Source of the DNA: Octopus vulgaris
Taxonomy: Eukaryota
Length of the DNA stretch: 64,000 bases
Reading direction: 5' to 3'
Assembly: GCA_951406725.2 (NCBI GenBank)
Contig: OX597824.1
Location: 78,368,001 to 78,432,000 of the forward strand
Every line of letters starts with the position of its first letter. Position 1 is the stretch's first letter. Both the position numbers and the translations under genes were made by a program. Positions 58,966-64,000 of the stretch are shown piece by piece. Below the pieces are notes generated by a model. It was not told where the DNA came from, did not search any database, and saw nothing but the letters and a program-made list of their open reading frames with translations.

Positions 58966-60492
58966 ATGGAAGGGGTAGTTGTAGTGGTTGTGGTTGTGGT
59001 TATGGTAGCTGTGGTGATCTGACAAGATGGTATGTGATAAGAAATATCCGAAGGAAGGCAACAGGACACCATTTTGGCATTGCCCTATCAAAATACCATG
59101 TGAAGGCACAAAGAACGGAGTGTGATCTGGGGGAATGTGGTTGCTATTGTTAGCAGGTCGAGCAACCAGGATTCTGTCGGTGATACGATGTAAAAAAAAT
59201 CATCTTTTTCTGTTCAGTCTTTTCAAAAAATTTTATCACATACATATAGACATATCAAACTATTGGCAGTCTACATAATATAGAACAATAAGCAAACAAT
59301 ACATAATGTATAAGCACGCGAGTGTATATGTGTGTAGGCGTATGTATGTATATATATATGTGTATGTGTATGTATGCATGTATGTATTTATAACAATATA
59401 TCTACACAAATACACCCACATGCATATACACATATATTCATACATATGTACGTGTGATTTGTGTGTGTGCACACGCGCGTGTAAATAATGCATGTGTGCG
59501 TGTGTTTTTTCATTTTGTAAGAATTATTTTCAGAAAATGTCAGAATTGACAAATAAATTTTCATACATACATTGTTTAAATCATTTTTTAAAAATTTTTA
59601 TTTCTCTTCACATACTTTTCTTCTTCCTATGATTTTACTTTAGATATTTTTTTTTATATTTAGCTTCTAGTTATTTACTTATTATACATTACATTTTCGT
59701 GACGTTTTTCTTTAAAACCATTTTATAACATTTTATTTTCATGGTGTTTTTATCATTTAATGTTATAATTTTGTTTTTGTTTATACCATTGTTTTTTTTT
59801 TTCCTTTGTGCTGCATATCTAATTGACAGTAAAAGACAATTATCTTAGTTCATTAGTAAACTCATATCTGATATGATAAGCGAAAAACAATGAAAGTAAT
59901 AATAACAATGATAATTTTTTAAAAAACGCCTTAGGAAAATTGCACTAATATGGCAGCACTTTTCAAACGCTTGCTCCAGAGCGTTAACACATTGCCCACG
60001 CCATGTTTTGCATTCATATTACAATAACATAATGGGGAAAGAAGAGAAGAGAAGAGAAGAGAAGACAAAACCACATTGTCTATAGTTTGTTTGCTTTCTT
60101 ATTTTTATTTTATTTTTATTTTATTTTTATTCTTACTGCTTTCAAAATTCGACTTCAGCCATGCTGGAGTACTGCCGCCTAAGATTTGCATTCAGTCATA
60201 TCGACTCCGGCGTTTGTTGCAGTTGGTAGCTGCTTCATTTTATATTAATTTTATCAATAAAATAAATTCGTGTTTTCGTCTAAATGGACGAAGCGATTTC
60301 CACGAGTTTAGATTTAGGGTTAGGGATTACAGTTTTTAAAGTATTAACATAGGCGACGACAATACACACGTATACAAAGGCACGCACCAGCACGCACATG
60401 TATGCACGCACGCACACAACATACACAGCCTCATACTTATACACACATTTACATAATCAATGGACAGAAACACATATATATGTGTATGGGAG

Positions 60493-60556
<64 letters not shown>

Positions 60557-60667
60557 CCTGCTCGCTTATCCAAGCGGGGTGGCGTTATTCGAAGGCTAAA
60601 ACAATGCAAACGCATTGTGACCAGCGATGTGTAGCAACATCTGATGGTCTGGTCGGTCACGTGATCG

Positions 60668-60720
<53 letters not shown>

Positions 60721-60773
60721 TATAGGAAAGAATGGAGCTAAACGAAGATTTAACAGAATTCCTTTATTTTATT

Positions 60774-60850
60774 TTCGACATATGTTTCGAAGTCTGCAAA
60801 ATCCCTAATTCCAAATGATTAAGGAGTCCATTATGCAGCTTTCTCTTCAG

Positions 60851-60853
<3 letters not shown>
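60774..60853 (-). ncRNA. Type I hammerhead ribozyme with an intact core
   Basis: ttc-CTGAAGA-gaa..ctgca/tgcag..ttc-GAAAC-atat-GTC-gaa: all conserved core bases present, palindromic loop 3, GUC triplet. Confidence 0.75.
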
Positions 60854-60911
<58 letters not shown>

Positions 60912-61359
60912 TGTGTGTATGTATATATATTGAGAAAAAAGTCAGAATTTTGGGAAAAAATTATTTTATTTCTTCATTATTATAAGCGCTTTCGTTCCTC
61001 TCTAGAACTTGTCAGATACAGTTTTTTGAATGTACAAACAGCTTGTTCATTTATATAAAACAGATGCTTTTTGGGTGGGGTGGGGTGCTTAAAAGAGAAT
61101 ATTATTTTTGCTTTTTCTTTAGGAGACATATTCCCAAACACACACACACATAGAAACATGCACACACACACACACATTCACACACACTTCATCAAGGAAT
61201 CCTTCCTATAATTGAATGTTTGAAGGTAAAGTGGAGAATTTGAATTCTTTATTCCAAATGTGGCTCATCTCTACAAATGTTCAGACATATCTATGTGTAA
61301 AATTTGGATATTCTGGTTTTACGTATATATATATATATATATGTATGTATATTTATATA

Positions 61360-61396
<37 letters not shown>

Positions 61397-61398
<2 letters not shown>

Positions 61399-61806
61399 TC
61401 TTTACTCTTTTACTCTTTTACTTGTTTCAGTCATTTTGACTGCGGCCATGCTGGAGCACCGCCTTTAGTCGAGCAAATCGACCCCGGGACTTATTCATTG
61501 TAAGCCCAGTACTTATTCTATCGGTCTCTTTTGCCGAACCGCTAAGTGACGGGGACGTAAACACACCAGCATCGGTTGTCAAGCAATGCTAGGGGGACAA
61601 ATACATACACACAAACACACATACATACACACACATATATATACATATATACGACGGGCTTCTTTCAGTTTCCGTCTACCAAATCCACTCACAAGGCATT
61701 GGTCGGCCCGGGGCTCTAGCAGAAGACACTTGCCCAACATGCCACGCAGAGGGACTGAACCCAGAACCATGTGGTTGGTTAGCAAGCTACTTATCACACA
61801 GCCACT
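61397..61806 (-). mobile_element. SINE family A
   Basis: Close match to the reverse complement of 33038-33468. Confidence 0.9.
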
Positions 61807-62475
61807 ATATTCGTTTTATATATATATATAACTTATATATATATATATATAAAAGACTAACTTACTGATTTTTCAAATTGTTAATTTGCAAATACTATAC
61901 TAATGTATTATCATGCAGAACTACACTTTATCAAAAAATTCCCTCCAAAAATGGATGTTTGGAAGGGATATGTTCCAAATATAACTCAAAGAGGAGATAA
62001 AGAAAGGAGGAAAAAGGAAAGAAGAAAAGAAGGAAATAAAAAGGAGATGAGATTCAAATCCTCCCATAGCAACAGATCTTCGTCTCTAAAGAGATAGTCT
62101 CTCTATTTTTCTGCATTTTTATTAAGGTAATAAACATTAATATTTAATTTTAAATATAATAGTAATATTCCCCTTTAAGAAAAAGATATCAAGTACCCAT
62201 GAACCAAAAAATTTCTCATAAAAATATGTGGAGAATTTCTTTCTTTCTTTCTACGGGACTTGAAAGTTGTATGAATGATTAAGGGAAAGAAAAATAAAAT
62301 AAGAAAAAAGGACGGGCAGCGGTAGCTATGGATGACTGTTTGAAATGTCGACATTTTCAATTTCCTCTATTTTTCTTGAAGGGGGAAATGAAAATTTTAT
62401 CAACTTAATCAAATGGCAGGAAAACAGACTAACTTTGAGTTTTAGCATAATATAGATATATATGTACATTAAGCG

Positions 62476-62695
62476 GGTCGCTGAAAAATTCCGGGTTTTG
62501 GGTAAAAGAAAATATAGGCGGATCAGTTAAATACGATTTTATTCAACATGTTCTCGTCTGAGATTCATACACTTATCGCAGCGGTCTTTCCTTTTTTTTC
62601 CGTGCCCTGTAAAAGAACTCGAAAGTTCAGGCCTCCACCAAGTTCTTTCGTCGGGCCTCCAACCCTTATAGCCAGGACCTTTCCAGGACCCCTCA

Positions 62696-62698
<3 letters not shown>
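62476..62698. mobile_element. Mariner-like MITE, diverged
   Basis: gggtcgctgaaaaattcc / ggacctttccaggaccc termini; internal remnant resembling a transposase C-terminus. Confidence 0.55.
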
Positions 62699-62733
<35 letters not shown>

Positions 62734-62737
62734 GCGC

Positions 62738-63025
62738 AAGGTAAAGTCGACCTCGGTGAAATTTAAACTCAGAACGTAAAGACGGACGAAATACCTATTT
62801 CTTTACTACGCACAAGAGGCTAAACACAGGGGAAAAGCAAGGACAGACAAAGGGCTTAAGTTGATTACATCGACCTCAGTGCGTAACTGGTACTTAATTT
62901 ATCGACCCCGAAAGGATGAAAGGCATAGTCGACCTCGGCGGAATTCGAACTCAGAACGTAAAGACAGACAAAATAATGCTAAGCATTTCGTCCGGCGTAC
63001 TAACGTTTCTGCCAGCTCGCCGCCT
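62738..63025 (-). mobile_element. SINE family B (one full copy plus a tandem partial copy)
   Basis: gtcgacctcgg...aactcagaacgta occurs twice. Confidence 0.85.
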
Positions 63026-63534
63026 GCCTTGAGGAGGGGAAATAATAAGGAAACAGAGGGAAGGAAAAGCAGAGAAAATTAAATTGAGAGATGGCAAGCG
63101 GGGGGCGGTAGGGCGAAAAGGAGAGACGGATTCACAAAGAATCAGAGAAAGTGGAACATACTGAGACAATGAGAGAAAGAGAGATAGGTGAGGAGAGATG
63201 GGGAGAGGAAAAGATGGGGAGGGAGAGAGGAGGACGGTGGGGTGATCCATATTAAAATAGTTTCTGGGCTTCTCCTCTGGCGTATGACGTAGATGTTATT
63301 AAACAACAATGCATGAAACGAGTACGTATTCATAATTAACCTTCTATAGAGGAAACATTTAATTAATTGCTGATTCATTTTGGAAATAATCAAAGATTAT
63401 ATTTGTCCATTTTAAACAACAAATCTTCGCAATAAATAGAACTTTAGACACAGTGGGAAGAAAACAAAAGTAAACATCGACTCAATCACACGATGTTACG
63501 AAATTAGATGTATCCTTGCTGAGTGTTCTTTTAT

Positions 63535-64000
63535 TTTTTCATTTGTCTCAGTCATTTGACTGCGGCCATGCTGCAGCACCGCCTTTAGTCGAGCAAATCA
63601 ACCTCAGGACTTTGTAAGACTAATACTTATTCTATCGGTCTCTCTTTTGCCGAACTGCTAAGTTGACGGGGACGTAAACACACCAGCATCGTTCGTCAAG
63701 CGATGCTGGGGGGGGGGGACAAACACAGACACACAAACATGTACACACACACACACATGCGCGTGATGTTGGGGGACAAACACTAAACACTATCACACAA
63801 ACATATACACACACACACACTCACACACACACACACACACACACTCACACACACACACACATATATATATATGTGTGTGTATACGATGTGCTTCTTTCAG
63901 TTTCCGTCTACCAAATCCACTCAGAAGGCTTTGGTCGGCCCAAGGCTATAGTAGAAGACATTTGCCCAAGGTGCCACGCATTGGGGCTGAACCCGGAACT
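63535..64000 (-). mobile_element. SINE family A, runs off the window end
   Basis: Family motifs in reverse complement. Confidence 0.85.

Overview
A gene-poor, AT-rich, microsatellite-saturated stretch of animal genomic DNA. The SINE families and repeat landscape resemble octopus/coleoid cephalopod DNA; this is an inference, not verified. I found no recognisable host protein-coding gene, and almost all ORF-track entries are artefacts of (TA)n, (TG)n, (TATG)n, (GATA)n and trinucleotide repeats. The window is a mosaic of transposon remnants: a Penelope-like element (RT plus C-terminal GIY-YIG), many Penelope-type ends with hammerhead-ribozyme motifs, R4/Dong-like, CR1-like and Tx1-like LINE fragments, four tRNA-derived SINE families, mariner and DD37D/maT remnants and MITEs, a TTAA-flanked Kolobok-like MITE, and Helitrons. 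The most notable observations are short hammerhead-only inserts in (TA)n, apparent partitioning of microsatellite targets among retroelement clades, a TSD-flanked truncated U2 snRNA retrocopy, three candidate non-coding exons on the + strand, and many local fold-back duplications. All coordinates and alignments were read by eye, so element boundaries may be off by some bases.
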